Below are positions 62,028 to 64,000 of a DNA stretch of 64,000 nt, piece after piece. A program made the translations under genes and the position numbers. How positions within the stretch are numbered: position 1 is the first letter of the stretch; the number at the start of each line of letters is the position of its first letter. The stretch is from Smithella sp. PtaU1.Bin162 (GTDB lineage Bacteria; Desulfobacterota; Syntrophia; Syntrophales; Smithellaceae). The notes under the pieces were generated by a model. It searched no databases and had not been told where the DNA came from. It was given only the letters and a program-made list of their open reading frames with translations. The stretch is taken from the NCBI GenBank assembly GCA_002068015.1, contig MVRV01000077.1:784-64783 (forward strand). The letters run 5' to 3'.

Positions 62028-63344
62028 ATGAAGAAAATATGGTTTGTTTTGCTTATGCTCGGTGTATCTGTGGTCTTCAGCACGGCAGCCCCGGCGGTCG
62101 ACGTTAAGTTCGGCGGAGAATTTTATGCAGCGGGCGTTTATCTGGATAAAACAACTTTAACCAAGGACCACGGTCCTTCCACGGCGTTTTATTTTCAGAG
62201 ATTGCGCGTGAAAACGGATTTTATTGCTGCACCGGGCCTTACCCTGATAACCCGTTTTGACGCGATGGAACGTGTCTGGGGTGCGACGCGAAGCACTCCC
62301 GGGACAACTCAGTCCGCTGATTCGGCAGGCACCACGGCGGAAAACGAGAATATCGCCATGGACTGGGCCTATATCAATTTCAAGTTGCCTGTCGGTACCT
62401 TTGATGTCGGTATTATGAATGACGGCAGCACGGGAACCGTTTTCGGCAACAGTCTGACTTCCGCGGCGCGGATAAAATATTCATATCCGATCGGTTCTTT
62501 TGCTCTTAATCTCGCCTATACGATGGCGAAGGACGGAAGCTATTCCACGGTCAACACCTCCTCAACTTCCGCCGATGCCGACAATGATAAATACGGCATC
62601 GAGGGCGTCTATACATGGAAAGGGGGCAAAGCCGGCATGCAGATCAATTATTACCGCTATGCCAATACAAGGCCTTCGTCCAATTATAAAAGGACTTACT
62701 ATCTTGTTACGCCCTATGCCATTGCCAAAATCGGCTTTTTGGATTTGCAGGCGGAATTGAACTATGCCGGTGGGAAGTACTATGAATACGATTCCACGAT
62801 AAGCGATGTCAAACTGCAAAACATGAGCGGCTGGCTTGATGCTACGGCTACCTTCGGGCCGGTCTATTTCGGCGGGACTTTTGCCTATGTTTCCGGTGAC
62901 GATCCCAATACTTCCGACAAAAGAGAAGGCGGGACGCTGACAGGCGGCCGCGACTGGAGCCCTACATTAATTATGTGGAACTATGATCGCAGCAAGTGGT
63001 TTGGGGAGCTGGCGAGCAGCGCCACAACAGGCAACGGTTTCGGCACTTCCGGCATGGCCAACGCCTTTCTTTATCAGGGGCGCTTCGGGGTAAGGCCAAT
63101 GGAGAAACTGGATATCACGGCTTCCATAACATACGCCAATACGGACAAGAAACCGGCAAACTATGTATCCGACAAGTACGGCTATGAATTCGATGTTACG
63201 GCATCGTATAAAATTACCAACAACCTGGCTTACATGCTGGGTGTCGGCTACCTCTGGACAGGCGATTATTTCAAGGGAACGAGCGACTCCAACAAGGTAC
63301 AGGATGATTACATGGTCATAAATAAATTGACTTTAACATTCTAA
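62028..63344 (+). CDS. Outer-membrane beta-barrel porin (deltaproteobacterial type)
   Basis: Signal peptide, FYFQRLR, alternating amphipathic strands, SGDD and C-terminal LTLTF; AGGAGG RBS. Confidence 0.82.
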   Translation: MKKIWFVLLMLGVSVVFSTAAPAVDVKFGGEFYAAGVYLDKTTLTKDHGPSTAFYFQRLRVKTDFIAAPGLTLITRFDAMERVWGATRSTPGTTQSADSAGTTAENENIAMDWAYINFKLPVGTFDVGIMNDGSTGTVFGNSLTSAARIKYSYPIGSFALNLAYTMAKDGSYSTVNTSSTSADADNDKYGIEGVYTWKGGKAGMQINYYRYANTRPSSNYKRTYYLVTPYAIAKIGFLDLQAELNYAGGKYYEYDSTISDVKLQNMSGWLDATATFGPVYFGGTFAYVSGDDPNTSDKREGGTLTGGRDWSPTLIMWNYDRSKWFGELASSATTGNGFGTSGMANAFLYQGRFGVRPMEKLDITASITYANTDKKPANYVSDKYGYEFDVTASYKITNNLAYMLGVGYLWTGDYFKGTSDSNKVQDDYMVINKLTLTF

Positions 63345-63362
63345 ATACCATCGTGGCAACTC

Positions 63363-63395
63363 AACTCTCCGGGAAATCTTTTCCCGGAGAGTTTT
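63363..63395. terminator. Terminator-like hairpin after the porin gene
   Basis: AACTCTCCGGGAAA-tct-TTTCCCGGAGAGTT(TT), between convergent genes. Confidence 0.7.
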
Positions 63396-63502
63396 CCCGT
63401 TTAATTAAAGTTTATTTATTTATTGTGAAAAGACGATGCCTGGAAAGTATTTAAAAAAGTGGAAGAGACGATAATTACGTCCTGCCGTTATCGGATCAGT
63501 TT

Positions 63503-64000
63503 TTAAATATTCGGGTACAATTTTTTTCTGCATTCGGGACAAATGCCGTGAGTGAAATCAGCGTCCGAACGGTCTCGTATATAACTTTCAATTTGTTCCC
63601 AGTAGCCTTCATCATTGCGGATTTTTTTGCAGCAGCTGCAGATAGGCAGTAAGCCGCTTAATATCTTGACGCTGGCCAGCGCTTCTCTCAGTTCCCGAAT
63701 AAGTTTTTCCCGTTCTTCCTGGGCTTTTTTACGTTCAGTCACATCGCGGGTGACAAAACGAAGGCCCGCAGGCTCGCCTACTTGATCCAGCAATACGGTT
63801 ACGGATGCTTCGACGATTATTATTTTTCCGTTTTTGCAGATTATTTCGAAATCGATTCTTTTTTCCGGTTTTTCCGGGGAAGAAATTTCCCGGAGCATTT
63901 TGGATATTTTCATCACAGATTCCGTGGTGCAATAGCGCTGGTAATGCATGCCCATTATTTCTTCCGTGGAGTATTGGCTCGAACGGCAGGCGGCCTCGTT
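63503..64000 (-). CDS. 5'-truncated PAS-domain protein with C-terminal zinc-ribbon (LPIC..CKKIR...FTHGICP.C)
   Basis: Frame is open to the window edge (NEAACRSSQYSTEEIMG...); RDVTERK, LSGLLPICSCCKKIRNDEGYW and HGICPEC motifs. Confidence 0.85.
   Translation of the reverse strand, partial: NEAACRSSQYSTEEIMGMHYQRYCTTESVMKISKMLREISSPEKPEKRIDFEIICKNGKIIIVEASVTVLLDQVGEPAGLRFVTRDVTERKKAQEEREKLIRELREALASVKILSGLLPICSCCKKIRNDEGYWEQIESYIRDRSDADFTHGICPECRKKLYPNI

Overview
A mostly core-genome window from a low/medium-GC anaerobic deltaproteobacterium. Gene style suggests a Syntrophales organism (Smithella/Syntrophus-like); this is inference. Bases 1-2.8 kb are an accessory edge: the tail of a probable integron cassette array (Nmad3-like fragment, a translationally coupled unknown protein, an attC site, then an Apea-like HEPN gene), a MITE-like palindrome and a DUF559 nuclease bracketed by inverted REP-like repeats. 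Bases 2.9-23 kb hold housekeeping genes (nitroreductase, nnr, polyprenyl synthase, rimO, ftsK, plsC, hldA, yicC-gmk-rpoZ-pyrF, rlmB, pilC, tRNA-Pro), plus a cysteine synthase fused to a divergent cysteinyl-tRNA synthetase, followed by amrB-amrA. Bases 23-52 kb are the tRNA/rif/str/S10/spc/alpha ribosomal supercluster. It lacks the usual tufB, fusA and adk, and its EF-Tu has substitutions in the aminoacyl-binding pocket. Bases 53-63.4 kb are a Pho regulon locus (phoB, pstS, arsC, pstCAB, phoU, phoR) and a porin with Pho boxes. Several unrelated small palindromic or MITE-like repeat families sit in intergenic gaps. All family assignments come from motif recognition; no database searches were run.
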